The notes under the pieces: model-generated | The model's input: the letters and a program-made list of their open reading frames with translations, nothing else | The model's database searches: none | What the model was told of the DNA's origin: nothing | Source of the DNA: Eledone cirrhosa | Lineage: Eukaryota | DNA length: 64,000 nucleotides | NCBI GenBank assembly: GCA_964016885.1 | Contig: OZ024743.1 | Span: 188,790,001-188,854,000, forward strand | Direction of reading: 5' to 3' | Shown here: positions 16,137-29,541 of the stretch, in pieces | Layout: every line of letters begins with the position of its first letter | Position numbering within the stretch: position 1 is the first letter of the stretch | Made by a program: the position numbers and the translations under genes

Positions 16137-19100
16137 TTAATTGTAAGTTGTGATGTTGCTGTTCCACTCATATTTTCTATTTAATTTTGGTTATAATTCT
16201 TTTATGTTTATTGCCTCTGTGATTTGTCTAAACATTGCGTCTTTTCTGTGTGTAGATTCTATTTTTATTTCTGTTCTCTAATTTATCCTTGTGTTCTATT
16301 TTAGCATGTTGGTAGAGTACAGATGATTCTTTACTATCTTGAAGGTCTCGCCAGTGTTCATTTATCCGTTCCCCTACACTACGAGCTGTCTCACCTATGT
16401 ACACTATATTTTTGTCTCTACATTGTCCTTCAGTACATCTTATGCTATACACTACATTTCTAGTTTTACAGTTAATATGGGGGCTTATTTTACAGGTTAT
16501 ACATTTCTCATCTATACATGAGGGTCTTTGAAAAGGGTATGTCTTGCTAATAAGTGTTTTTACGGAGGTGCCTGGTCTTTCTACTATCTTAATATTGAGT
16601 TTATGTTTATCTAGGGCCCTTATATATTTGTAAACTAATTCACCTCTAGGGGTTGTATCGATGAACATTACACTCTGGCATGTATTGCTATCATACCATG
16701 AATTTATTCTATTAGCCTTGTTCCTACTTCTTTCTATTCTATTCCAAAATTTGCTCCTATACAAGGGGCAGGTCCCATTTATGTCATTATTTACCATTTT
16801 TTCCCATTTGGTTGTGGCTCCTCTATACACTCTGATTTTATCTCTCTGATTGTAGCCAGAGAACTGCATACGGTGGATGAAGTGTTGTATGTGTCTCTCT
16901 ATTTCTTCGGGGTTGCACATGCGGGACACGTTTCTCATCACCCGTACCAAATCCGCAATCAGTATGTTGATTTTGGTATGGTCCGAAATGGCCGAGTTTC
17001 GGTGGATCAGATGTTTGGAAGTCATGGGTTTGGCATAATGGGAATGGAGGATTTGTTTTTTGTTATTAATGGTATCTAACTAGAGCTCTGTGTCTAGTAC
17101 AGGTAATCGATGGTTGGGGTGTTTACCTGGGTAGTCTATAGTAACTCTAATACTCTGGTGGATGGAGTTAGCTATTTGCTGGATGCTTTCCATTGTGTTT
17201 TTCTCTAGTTCCTGACTGTTCTCTAGTGGGGGTGTCTTAACTACGATGTTTATATCATCAACGTAGCGGGAGTACATTATCAGGGTTAAGGGGTCTTCTA
17301 GTTGTTCTTTAAGTTTAAGTTTACTGTGCCACCATACCATGAATAAGTTAGCTATGTCGCCTGCAATGCTAACACCAATGGCTGCTCCTTCTTCTTGGGC
17401 ATATGTTTTTCCATTAAATTTGAACATATGTTCCTTAAGGGTTATTTTTATGCTGGCCCCTACCGCATGTGCATTCATTTTCTCCAGTTCATCGTGGTTT
17501 TCGGGTGTCCGTATGGCTCTGGTCCACCCGTTCCATCTATCTGTGTGGGTTTTCTTGGCCATTGAGGTAATGGTAGGTGGTCTGCCTCTTGCTGGTCTTG
17601 TAGGGCACAGGTTGCGAAAGTCATATGTGTCTAGGTAATTATTACTATAGGTAAGTTTAAGTAGGAGTCCCAGCTCACTGGTATCAATCCCACGGAACTC
17701 AACATTGCTCTCACCGATCATTTCTACGCATTTCTCCACAGCAAAATCCACGTCAATAAATGGATACAGGGACACAACATCCATACTACCTATTATGCAG
17801 TTTGTTAGGTCCATAGATCGGTTACCCTCGCCGATTCTGCTGAGGTCCTCCGTGCTGTCACATACATCTGGGGACATTTCAATGATGGGGCGTATGATCA
17901 GGGAGAGGAAGTAGGACAGTCTGTAGTTACTAGCAATGTTAGCTCCACAGACTGGCCGTGTTGGTGGTCCCGTGACAGGGTCACTGCCCATTTTATGGTC
18001 TTTTCGAAGCCCATACAACGCCGGCACGTCATTGTTCCAGGCCTGGAAGTTGTTGGCAGTCCTTTTGTTGGGCTGCATTATATTCGTCCACATCACCATA
18101 TGGGCATTGAGGGCTTTTTCTCTATCCTCATGCTCCTGTGGTGTTACCTCTTTTGTGTTAGTGATGTGGGGTTGCATTGCCTGGATGTAGTTTGGCAGGC
18201 TGTCAACCGACATTCTGCCAGACTTGTCTGTTGGAAAGCATGCTATCTCTCCATTACGCGAGCGCTGCATGAGCTTACGCAAGCCATTTGCAGATTTTTC
18301 TCCCAGTTGCTGGGCCTCCATTCTATTATGCTTCTTGCTATACTGTTCTATAATATTTCTAAGTTCGGATCTAGCTATACTAAATTGTGCTTCTGTTTGT
18401 TCATCGACCTGCGACGTCAATTGCGTGCGTTTGTTAAATGGTAAAGTCGTGGCGTGGACTCGTCGCAGGTCGAACGATTTATCGGAGGGATTATAAAATG
18501 TAGAGTTCCAGGCTGCTGCTTTATGTGTACTAGTGCTATTGTTATTGTTAATTGTGTTGTTTCTATTTCTATTTCCACCAACAGCCTCATGGTTGTTTCT
18601 ATGTCTCTCATAATTACTCCTGTCTCTTTCCACTGGCTCATTGTTGTTATCTACCCTATTTTGTGTGTCTGTGTGTTCGTCTTGGTTATTTTCTTTGTCC
18701 TTAGTCTCCCTTCTCCTTTTAATCCTATTACATTCCCTTATTTCTGTGATTTCTGTGCTACTGTCATTACTTGTTTTCTGTGTCTGTGTGTTTGTTAAGA
18801 TTGTGGTGGTGGTGGTGGTGGTGGTGGTGGTGGTGAGAGGCATTGAATGTGTGTGTGTTGTTGTTGTTGATGTGTGCTGTTGTTGGTGTGTGTTGTTGTT
18901 GTTGTTGGTGTGTGTGTTGTTGTTATTGTTGTTTGTGTGTGTGTGTCTGTTGTTGTTGGGATGTGTGTTGTATATGTGTGTGCGTATATTGTTACTTTTG
19001 TTTTTGTTTTTGAGGCTCGAACGTAATTTTGTAAATGATTTTTCTATTTCTGACAGACAACTAATCATATTTACCTTCTTGAATGTCGCAAATTTCGGTG

Positions 19101-19769
19101 GTAGAAGTAATACAGATAACTCATCGTCATCTATTACCGTGTTGCCGTATATATTTGTGTTGTTGTTGTTGTTGAACTCATTTGTTAATGAGGTGTCGGC
19201 CATATTTATACCGTCAATTTGTCGGGATATCTATTGGTATTCTCTACAGTATCCTGATTTAGCTTTATCTGCTTAAGCCACTTTAGTTTCTTGTTAAAGT
19301 GCTTATCACATTCTTGAGCAATGCACTGTTCTTCAGGACATATAAGGCTTATAAATATTAGTTTCTCTCTTAGTGTAGTGATCCTAGCTATTTCTTGTAT
19401 TAGGTTACGCTTATGTTTTTCTTGATGACTTAATTCTCTATAGATCTTCTTTTTTATGTTTAGAATTAGTGTTCGTTTTAGCCTATCTGCTTGTTTTTTG
19501 GTGAGTTGTAATCTTCTTACGTCGGTGTTGATGGTGTTGGTGTAACTTCGGGACGAGGCACATTCTTTTATGAAGTGTAGTTGTCGAGATGTTATGGTTT
19601 TTCGTAGACAACAGAACATGGTGGTTTTCAGTATCTTGTTAGCCTGGCTAAAGCTTACGATATTTCGTTTCTGAATTTGTTTAGCAAGATTCTTTATCTG
19701 AAATCGTGTGTTGAAACCGATATTGTTATACTTTGGGAGGGTCATGTTGCCAATAAGAAACGCACGCAC
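16137..19769 (-). pseudogene. PLE reverse transcriptase-GIY-YIG endonuclease ORF (disrupted)
   Basis: TDKSG, LYGLRKDHK, RPVC, MDVVSLYP, GAAIG, RYVDD; Cys-rich linker CIDEKCITC..NC; VVYSIRC..YIGET..ERINEH; in-frame TAG at 17080-17082 and frameshifts near 19205-19270 and 16275. Confidence 0.93.
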
Positions 19770-20785
19770 CAGTTGCTTTCACTTCAATTTATTATAATAA
19801 ATTTATAAATTTAGGAATTTATAAATTTCTGGTTGGTTGGTTGGTTCCACAACCAGATAGTTGTTTATATATTGTCAAAGTTCTTTCGTCACACATTCTG
19901 TGACCTCTTCAGTGACTGGGGATTCTTTTCTTTGTGTTTGTGCCTCTCCTTTGTTCTGTCCTACGCCATTTTGTTTCTGTGTGTGTGTTGTGTGCTCAGT
20001 CTGCGCATGCGCCACATCCGGGTGTCTGTGTGTATTTATGTTCATTTATTTATTTGTTTATTTACATGTTACTGGTTGGTTGTTTGTTCTATGTGTGTGT
20101 GTGTGTTTTCATTTTGTCCTTAATTGTAAGTTGTGATGTTGCTGTTCCACTCATATTTTCTATAAAAATAGAATCTACACACAGAAAAGACGCAATGTTT
20201 AGACAAATCACAGAGGCAATAAACATAAAAGAATTATAACCAAAATTAAATAGAAAATATGAGTGGAACAGCAACATCACAACTTACAATTAAGGACAAA
20301 ATGAAAACACACATAGAACAAACAACCAACCAGTAACATGTAAATAAACAAATAAATAAATGAACATAAACACAAACAGACACCCGGATGTGGCGCATGC
20401 GCAGACTGAGCGCGCAACACACACAGAGAAACAAAATGGCGTAGGACAGAACAAAGGAGAGGCACAAAAACAAAGAAAAGAATCCCCAGTTACGGAAGAG
20501 GTCACAGAATGGGTGACGAAAGAACTTTGACAATATATAAACAACTATCTGGTTGTGGAACCAACCAACCAACCAGAAATTTATAAATTCCTAAATTTAT
20601 AAATTTATTATAATAAATTGAAGTGAAAGCAACTGGTGCGTGTGTTTCTTATTGGCAACATGATCTTCCCAAAGTATAACAATATCGGTTTCAACACACG
20701 ATTTCAGATAAAGAATCTTGCTAAACAAATTCAGAAAAGAAATATATATATATACACATATATATATAAATACATATATAAATAT

Positions 20786-20824
<39 letters not shown>

Positions 20825-21065
20825 TATATAAATATATATATATATACATATATATATATAAATATATATATACATATATAAATATATACACATATATAAA
20901 TATATATATACATATATAAATATATAAATATATATATATACATATATATTTATATGTACATATATATATAAATATATATATGTATATATATATACATATA
21001 TATACATATATATATATTTATATATACATATATATATATAAATATATATATACATATATATATAT

Positions 21066-22002
21066 AGAATAAATTCTGGCTATGGAAACAGCAGTTGGAA
21101 GCAAGAGGACTGAGAGTGAACCTAGCTAACACAAATGTGTTGATGAGTAGAAAAGAGGACAAAACTCTGATTCCGTCAGGGAAATGGCCATGTTCGATAT
21201 GCAGAAAAGGAACTGGCATAAATTCTATAAAATGCACACAATACTGATCCTGGGTACACAAGAGATGTAGCGGGATAGCAGGCAAACTAACAGGTAGGGA
21301 GAAATATGTATGCAGTAGATGTACAGGGAAATCAGACAGTAGAAGTCACATTGATAGACACATTTTTCAAATGCAGGCGGGTCCTATGGAAGTGGTGGAT
21401 AGCTTCCGGTACCTAGGAGATCAGATTAGCATGGGAGGGTGTGTTCCGAGGCCATAGTATCTACAATAATGACGGGTTGAAAGAAGTTTAGGGAGCTGCT
21501 TCTTCTGCTGACGAAGAAGGTTTTCTCCCTGCGTATGAAAGGCCGGTTATATGATGCCTGTGTGAGGAGCACGATGCTGCATGGTAGTGAGACATGGGCA
21601 GCAACTGCAGAGGATATGCGACGGCTCAAGAGAAATGAAGCAAGCATGCTCCGTTGGGTGTGCAGTGTAAATGTGCCTGAACAACCCAGCATGAATGTGT
21701 TGAGAGAGAAACTGTGTCTGAGAGGGATAGAATGTAGTGTATGGGAGAGGAGACTGAGTTGGTATGGACAAGTGATGCGCATGGAAGATGACCGATGGGT
21801 GAAGAAGTGCCAGGAAATGCCAGTTGAAGGAAGACGTGGTAGAGGTAGACCACAAAAAACATGGGCGGAGGTGGTGAGAACAGACCTCAGATCGTTGAAG
21901 CTCACGGTGGATATGACGAATGACCGTGGAGAGATGCTGTGCTGAATAAGACCCGTCCCACTCTTGCAAGCAGAGAAGAGCGGACGTAAAATGATGATGA
22001 TG
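21066..22002 (+). mobile_element. RTE-clade LINE 3' fragment
   Basis: GLRVNLANT, WPCSICRKG cysteine-rich insert, [30 protein letters not shown], (ATG)n tail. Confidence 0.92.
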
Positions 22003-22017
22003 ATATATACATATATA

Positions 22018-22308
22018 AAAATAAAATTTCGCTCTACATGGCTGAATACAATAAATGTAATCTTAGTTTTTCGAATATTAATAACAACATTCGATTCATT
22101 TGCAATTATGCAAACAAGCCTCAATTTTATAGCCATGTCAGTAGAATGAACACTTCATTCTTGCTCTTGTGGTGTCTTCGCATTCCAACACAAGAGCAAG
22201 AATGAAGTGTTCATTCTCCTCACATGGCTATAAAATTGAGGCTTGTTTGCATAATTGAAAACGAATCGAATGTTGTTATTAATATTCGAAAAACTCAGAT
22301 TACATTTA
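22018..22308. mobile_element. Fold-back element in (TA)n (no canonical hammerhead core seen)
   Basis: About 120-bp inverted arms around a 17-nt spacer near 22172-22188; left arm carries an extra tail of about 35 nt. Confidence 0.8.
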
Positions 22309-22322
22309 ACATAAATATACAA

Positions 22323-22422
<100 letters not shown>

Positions 22423-22946
22423 AGAGAGAGAGAGAGTGATGGATAAATTAGATCAACTCTTTTACAACCACACTGCTATGTTCAGGTATATTTGTAAAAA
22501 AAGCACCACATTATCAAGTCACACATAAATTAAAAGGCAGTGGCACAGTTTTTAACATAATGTGAAGAACATTAGAAAGATATTAGAAATATTAGAAAGA
22601 ATATTAGAAAGATGTAAATTATATAATAATTGTACTAAATGATGAGACCCTATCCTTCAGTGTGCTTATACAGACCCACACATAGAAAGAGTACCTAAAT
22701 TCTTTATTTAAGTACCATCTGCTATGGTTCTGGCACTTTCAATCATAACCTCTCTCTCTCTGACCCCACCACCATCACAACTAGATAAAAATAATATGTG
22801 TGCGCATATCAACAAACATATAGAGGTTTCTGTGTATGCATATATATTCATATTGTTGTATATTTGCAATTATGTATGCATGCATACACATTATACATAG
22901 ATGTATACTTTTATGTGTATGTCATCATCATCATCATCATCAAATG

Positions 22947-22977
<31 letters not shown>

Positions 22978-23081
22978 CAAAACTATATAGTGAGTTAAAA
23001 ATTCACAATAATCCCTTATAATCAAATTAGCTCAAGGAAAAACATTTTCTGAGCCTTATAACACAGTAAAGAGAGACAAAC

Positions 23082-23124
<43 letters not shown>

Positions 23125-23978
23125 TTCAAATCACAAGGGACAGAAACTGCCAGGGTGAAGAAAATACTGACTAAAGATAGTATGTTTCACAAAACTCAAT
23201 TAAATGGATAAATCAAGATATACAAACCTACTATGATAACTATGAAACATCTAGACAGTTTGATTTACCTGCTTACACATGTTTATCAATGAGATGTCAT
23301 AACTCAATGCTTACAGATAAGCAACACAGTCATTTACAACTATACATATATATATCTTCATCATCGTCATTTAGCATCTATCTTCCACACTAGCATGGGT
23401 TAGATGGGTTTGTTCTATTTGAGGCAAGTTGGGTCGGGTGACCATGTTTCATTCGTATAGGACTGTTTCTGGCTGGTTTTCTATGCTGGATGCCCTTTCC
23501 AATGCCAACCACATTTACAGTGTTTGCTTGGTACTTTTTACTGTATCTCGTACATGACCAATTTATAGTGTGAACTGGGTGCATTTTGTCGTGACACCTA
23601 CACGACCGCTTTACAGTGCGGGCTGGATGTTTTGTGGTACCAACATAATTTCACAGAGTTATCGTGGGGCGGGCAGAAGTGGGAGAGTTTTGTAGCGAGT
23701 GTGGGTGTATATTGGATCAAATATACTATGGGTTTACAATTTGTTCCTGGTACTCTACCAGTTTTAGTGACAAAATTTGTATGATTTATCCATAAAATAT
23801 TTTTCCAGGCTGTTTAGATATCTAATACTTTTATTGTGAGGGCTCATCTCTCACAACTATTAAGGAAGATGCTGAATATAAACTAAATGAAGAGCCAGTT
23901 TTGTATTCAATGATAATGCAACATTTTATTTTTGCAATTAAAACTAAATGTATTCACTCTGTTGCTCAAACTCTATTT

Positions 23979-24299
23979 CAGAGGTTCTCAAATCTTTGGA
24001 GCCACTGCCCTCCTCATGGCCATATAATGCCCTGAGCACTCCACAACTCTATTTCCAGAGAGACCTGCCTACACCCAAATTGTAAAATATATATAAAAAA
24101 TAAAATCGTTAATTTCTATATAATAAATAATATAATATATACTATGTATAAATAAATATTACATATTTTGTTATTTTACTATATTTATATATAATATGTA
24201 TCATGTGATATTTGATATACTATTATATCATCTCCTCCCTCCCAGTACCCCCTTAGACCTTCTCAATGACCCTAGGTGGGCTCACTTTGAAAACCTCTG
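23979..24299. mobile_element. hAT/Charlie-type MITE
   Basis: TIR cagaggttctcaaa / tttgaaaacctctg; near 8-bp TSD ctctattt/ctctagtt; homolog at 42567-42916. Confidence 0.82.
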
Positions 24300-26201
24300 C
24301 TCTAGTTGATTATGGCCTCAGTGCCAGAATTACAACTGGTCACAAATTGTACAAACACAAAATCATTAAAAAAAGTTCAATATTTCTGAGATATTTAATA
24401 TTCATTTATAGTTTAGTCAACCTCCCATTACTATCATCACGTTACTTATTTTGTATATGAATATTTATTTCTATCTGCTCTTCCTTGGCTTATGTTTATT
24501 TATTGTAGGTTCTTCTGTGGATACTGAAACAAAATTATGTCATTCACAGAATAATGGTTAAGAGACCATATTCTACCAAATATTCTTTCTTTGTTGAGCT
24601 ATTCTTTTCATGAGGAAATTAATGATCATAGCTCTTTTTTCTCACTATGCCATCTCTCATGAAACAAACCCATTATAAAAGCTGTTCCAGCTATGACAAT
24701 CCTTTATATTAATATAGATAGATCTACTTTGTCAAATGCATCCTTCTTTATTTCGACAGATTTTAATGATTTGGCTGGTCTTTCTAGAAGGTGGAGCAGC
24801 TGCACAGAGGTTTATTATGTTTTAAATACCAAATTGATTTAGAACTTCGCTGACACCCTTCAAAATTATTGTCTCACATAATTGTTACTAGTTATATAAA
24901 GTATTCCCATAATATTCATACTGTTACTAGGAAACCTCCGTTTTTCTATAATCATCTAACATGCTACACTATTAAATGCCTTCTGAAATTTTAGTGAAAT
25001 TTCAATTCTGTTTTTCATTTTCATAATTTAGTATAGATCCACTGCCAATGTCGCTATGATGATTCATGTTAATATGGTTGTGAAAGAAATTCACTAGCTG
25101 CCGTTTTGCAGCCCCACAACACACCATTACTATCAAAGATTGACTAAAACTATCAAAGAAGATAGAGTCTTAAAAACAGTCAAATAAGAGGAAAAACGAA
25201 TCTGAACAGGCATGAAGAGCAATGTGTTAGTCATTTCATTCCCTTAGACACTGTTGGGAATGTGTGGTTAAGAAATTTGCTTCATAATTACATAGTTTTA
25301 CATGTGATTCCACTTCAATGCACAATGGGCAACTGCCTTTTAACTTATTCTCAGGTCACCCAAACCTTGTGAATTAAATCTAATAGCTGGAACATGTACT
25401 AAAACCTCTCAGAAGGACTGTTCTTGATACACTTAATCTGAAATTTGGATAACTTTTATGGAGTGCTCTCTAATTCAGGCATTCAGAACATGTCTTTATA
25501 AAGGCTCGGGAATAATACTCTTCCTCTTTTAACTAAGAAATAGATGCATGGATGGGCCCATAACTGTTGGTTGAGTGTTGGGGACTTTGAAGCTGGGGGA
25601 GTTCATCCCACTCCAGGTCTGAAAACAGCTATCTTCCTGAGAAGAAGATAGATAAACTGAGAAAAGATATAAAGAAGAATCAGCCACAGTACTGGATAGT
25701 ACTTCTTTTATTGACATTAAAAATAACAATATCAATGATGCTGAGGAAGTAAGTTTGTTTAACCTGGTAAACAAAAATTACTCTTGCAGCTGACTGGTTA
25801 TTTTGCAGCTGTCATTCTCCATTTTTACTAATAGTCCTTACATACCAATATATCTACTCCAATGTTAGCCTTCATAAACAATAAACAATAACCTTTTTGT
25901 TACCAGCAGCTGAACTTGAAATTTATCATTTACATTTTTGTCTAAGAATATCAGGCTTGAACCTATTATGATCATATTTAATTGTCTGTAACTCAGATAT
26001 CAAACACACATGCAGAAATATACTAAATTCATTAGATGGCAACATATAGATGTATTCACTCATGCATATGCCACCAAATAGGGATTTTGGCTTAAGTTTA
26101 ATTACTTCTCTGGGTAGACAATTTATTGATATATCTTACCTTTTCATTGAGATGTCTAAGTATTAAAGACAGATAAATTTATATGTTGCATATATATATA
26201 T

Positions 26202-26457
26202 AGTGTGGATAGCAGAGTGAATTACTGGTGGTGGTACCAAATCAAGCACTCTATGCACAGGCAAAGTGTATATAATAGAAAAAAACGAAGAAGTTTCATT
26301 TACATATAAAAATATTTATTGTGTATCGACCTGTTACACGCATTTCATAGAGGATTGGCTCAAGGAACCCATAGGAGTTATGGACCCAAATCGAGTATCG
26401 ATCTGCTCGTCAGACTGGTCATGTGCCAAAAAAATTTTTTTGTGGTATGTGAGATGA

Positions 26458-26500
<43 letters not shown>

Positions 26501-26620
26501 CCATAACTCCTATGGGTTTCCTTGAGCCATTCCTCTGTGAAATGCACAAAACAGGTTGATACACAATAAATAATTTTTACATGTAAGCAAAACTTCCTTG
26601 TTTTTTTTCTATTATGTATA
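26202..26620. mobile_element. Fold-back hammerhead element
   Basis: Arms about 26268-26387 and 26497-26620 are inverted; hammerhead at 26328-26420 (-) and tail hairpin at 26247-26268. Confidence 0.8.
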
Positions 26621-26629
26621 TATATATGC

Positions 26630-26965
26630 CATCATCATCATCATTTTACGTCCGCTTTTCCCTGCTTGCAAGGGTGGGACGGGAACTGATTCTGGCTTGA
26701 TTTCTACAGCTGGAGGCCCTTCCTAACACCAACCTCATTTACAGTGAGTGCTGGGTGCTTTTTTGCCGTGGCACCGCCACGTCCACTTTACAGTGGAATG
26801 ATATAGACCCCAGTCCTATCATCTAATTTCTACAGCTGAGTAAACTGGAGCAATGTGAAATAAAGTGTCTTGCTCAAGGAAACAACACATCACCCGGACT
26901 GAGAATTGAACTCACAACCTTTCGATTGCAAGGCCAATGCTCTAACCACTAAGCCATGTGCCTCC
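26630..26965 (-). mobile_element. tRNA-derived SINE (same family as 2211-2548)
   Basis: Reverse-complement match over about 335 bp with a (CAT)n tail. Confidence 0.88.
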
Positions 26966-26984
26966 ATCACAAAAATATATATAT

Positions 26985-27998
26985 ATTGTTATACTTTGGG
27001 AGGGTCATGTTGCCAATAAGAAACACATGCACCAGTTGCTTTCACTCCAATTTATTATAAATTAAATTTATAAATTTAAGAAATTTGTAAATTAGGATAG
27101 TGGAAAGACCAGGTACCTCCGTAAAAACACTTATTAGCAATACATATCCTTTTCAAAGACATCGCTGTATAGATAAGAAATGCATAATCTGTAAACTAAG
27201 CCCCCATATTAACTGCAAAACTAGAAACATAGTATATAGCATAAGATGTACTGAGGGGCAATGTAAGGATAAGAATATAGTGTACATAGGTGAAACAGCT
27301 GGTAGTATAGGAGAACGATTAAATGAACACTGGCGAGAGCTTCAAGATAGAAAAGAATCATCAGTACTCCACCAACATGCTAAAATAGAACACAAGGGCA
27401 AATTAGAGAACATAGAAATAAAAATAAAATCTACACACAGAAAAGACGTAATGTTTAAACAAATCACAGAGGCAATAAACATAAATGAACTCCAACCAAA
27501 ATTAAATAGAAAACATGAATGGAATAGCAACATCACAACTTACAATTAAGGACAAAATGAAAACACACACACATAGATCAAACAACCAACTAGTAAAATG
27601 TAAATAAACAAACAAATAAACAAATAAATAAACAAATAAAAACACACTCAGACGCCCGGATGTAACACATGCGCAAACTAAGCACACAACACACACAAAA
27701 ACATGATGGCGTAGGACAGAAGAAAGGAGAGGCACAAAACAAAGAAAAGAATCCCCAGTCACTGAAGAGGTCACAGAATGGGTGACGAAAGAACTTTGAC
27801 AATATATGAACAACCGTCCGGTTGTGGAACCAACCAACCAACCGGAAATTTATAAATTTAATTTATAATAAATTGGATTGAATGCAAGTGGTGCATGTGT
27901 TTCTTATTGGCAACATGACCCTCCCAAAGTATAACAATATCGGTTTCAACACACGTTTTCAGATAAAGAATCTTACTAAATAAATTCGGAAACTAAAT
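26985..27998 (+). mobile_element. 5'-truncated, 5'-inverted copy of the PLE family
   Basis: Short inverted arm about 26985-27092; GIY-YIG C-terminus ORF 27100-27549 (NIVYSIRC..YIGET..ERLNEH..EAINI..PKLN); pseudo-LTR, hammerhead and tail. Confidence 0.93.
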
Positions 27999-28020
27999 AT
28001 ATATATATATATATATATAT

Positions 28021-28737
28021 TTCGTTGCCTCGTCGAGTGCTTGGCTGTACTGCTGAAGGCATTAGCTGCTGATCGAACTTCGAATATGCTGTACTATTGT
28101 ATTACTATCTCCTAGACATAATGATTAGTTAATTAATTTAATTTGACAATTCCATTGATTGGTTAATTATTTAAGTTTGTTTAATAACGGTGTGGTTGAG
28201 TGCTCAATTCAGTTTGTGCATGGAATCTTTTCCATTGCACATAATTTTTGAATTGACCGCTATAAACCGGGGTTACCTCCCTTTGGAGTAACATATGCTT
28301 CACACCGGGTTTTGGGTTTGAACGAAAGCCTGTTGAGAAAGTAAATTCCTCTGTTCGATCTTCCAGAAGCCTAACTTGTATACACCACAAGCGGATTTTG
28401 TTGATTTCGGATTTACAGAAACCTCACTTAGATATTCAGTAATTTTGAAGTGATGGTCCAGGTATGTTAGATATACAGATATGTGCACATATTTATGTAT
28501 GTATATTCTTATATGTATATATATGTATGTGTGTGTATATCCTTTTTTCACTAGTCACTTCTTTCGTTACTACAGAGCACGCAGCTGAATTAGTGGTCGC
28601 TATTTTCAATTTGCAAAGCCCTTTAAACTGTATGTAATTACTCTGAGGTCTATTCCTCGTCGAGTGCTTGGCTGCACTGCTGAAGGCATTCGTTGGCTTA
28701 GCTGCTGATCGAAATTCGAATATGCAGTACTATTGTA
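28021..28737 (+). mobile_element. Non-coding element with about 75-80 bp terminal direct repeats (period about 627)
   Basis: cctcgtcgagtgcttggctg... at 28028 and 28655; TA-rich flanks; bulged tail hairpin at 28639-28666. Confidence 0.7.
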
Positions 28738-28759
28738 TATATATATAAAGATATATTTG

Positions 28760-28975
28760 TGTGTGTCCTGGTTTCAAACAGGGGTAATCAGAGTAAGTAA
28801 GATACTCAATACCTTAGTAGAGTGAAAACATCAAATTTAATATAGAAATAGCTTCTACAGGACTAGAACTGTTTCATTTTAAAGAAATCATGAGGAAAGC
28901 CCTTTCCTGGTGATTTCAATTGAATGAAACAGGTCAAGTTCTGCAGAAGCCATTTCTATATTGAATTTGATGATA
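28760..28975. mobile_element. Old fold-back hammerhead element
   Basis: Diverged inverted arms centred near 28900; cores CTCATGA and CTGGTGA..GAAA cag; tail hairpin at 28803-28824. Confidence 0.7.
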
Positions 28976-29494
28976 TATATATATATGTTTTATTCAGGCT
29001 TAATTTTCTATGTGTATGTATCTTTTGCATAGTTGAGACTATTGCTATAGTATAACTTTTTTAAATGATACACACTTTGTAAATTATATGCATTGATATT
29101 TACACAGTGTTATCTTCATTTGTATTATGAGAGTATCCTTTAATTAGTGTGTAAGTACGTGTGCATCTGTGCATGTGTAGAGTATGTAAATATATATGTC
29201 TGTGTGTGTTTATATATATATATTTTTTTTCAGAGTGGTCTACCCTTGGTGGTAGGGTCCGTACCATATATAGAACTCAATGAAATCCAATGGTGAGTAA
29301 TCCAGTGAAATCCATAGAAAAGTTCTGTGTTCTGCTGAGTTATTTCATTAGATACAGACAGTCTGATTGAACCTGTATATGAGGTCTGACAATATGTCAA
29401 TATGATCAACCCTCCGAAATGATTGTAAAACAATGATATGAATAGGTACAATAACTTGACTTTGTTGTTTTTATTTTCATTGTTAATTTAATAC

Positions 29495-29538
<44 letters not shown>

Positions 29539-29541
<3 letters not shown>

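Larger units (their letters stand above)
15740..20742 (-). mobile_element. Near-complete Penelope-like retroelement with direct and inverted pseudo-LTRs
   Basis: Direct repeats at about 15740-16181 and 19721-20161, inverted arm 20162-20742 with extra tail, (TA)n flanks, RT plus GIY-YIG ORF between them. Confidence 0.95.

Noticed and set aside
17080-17082. In-frame stop in the PLE ORF as possible recoding (selenocysteine)
   Set aside because: The codon is TAG, not TGA, and is most simply a TGG-to-TAG mutation; the copy also has frameshifts
18641-19276. 211-aa hydrophobic ORF on the plus strand
   Set aside because: Antisense reading of GTT/GTG/GT microsatellites inside the PLE ORF
25410-25640. 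Possible host exon on the minus strand after a pyrimidine tract and CAG
   Set aside because: All frames stop quickly and no protein is recognisable; it cannot be supported without RNA data
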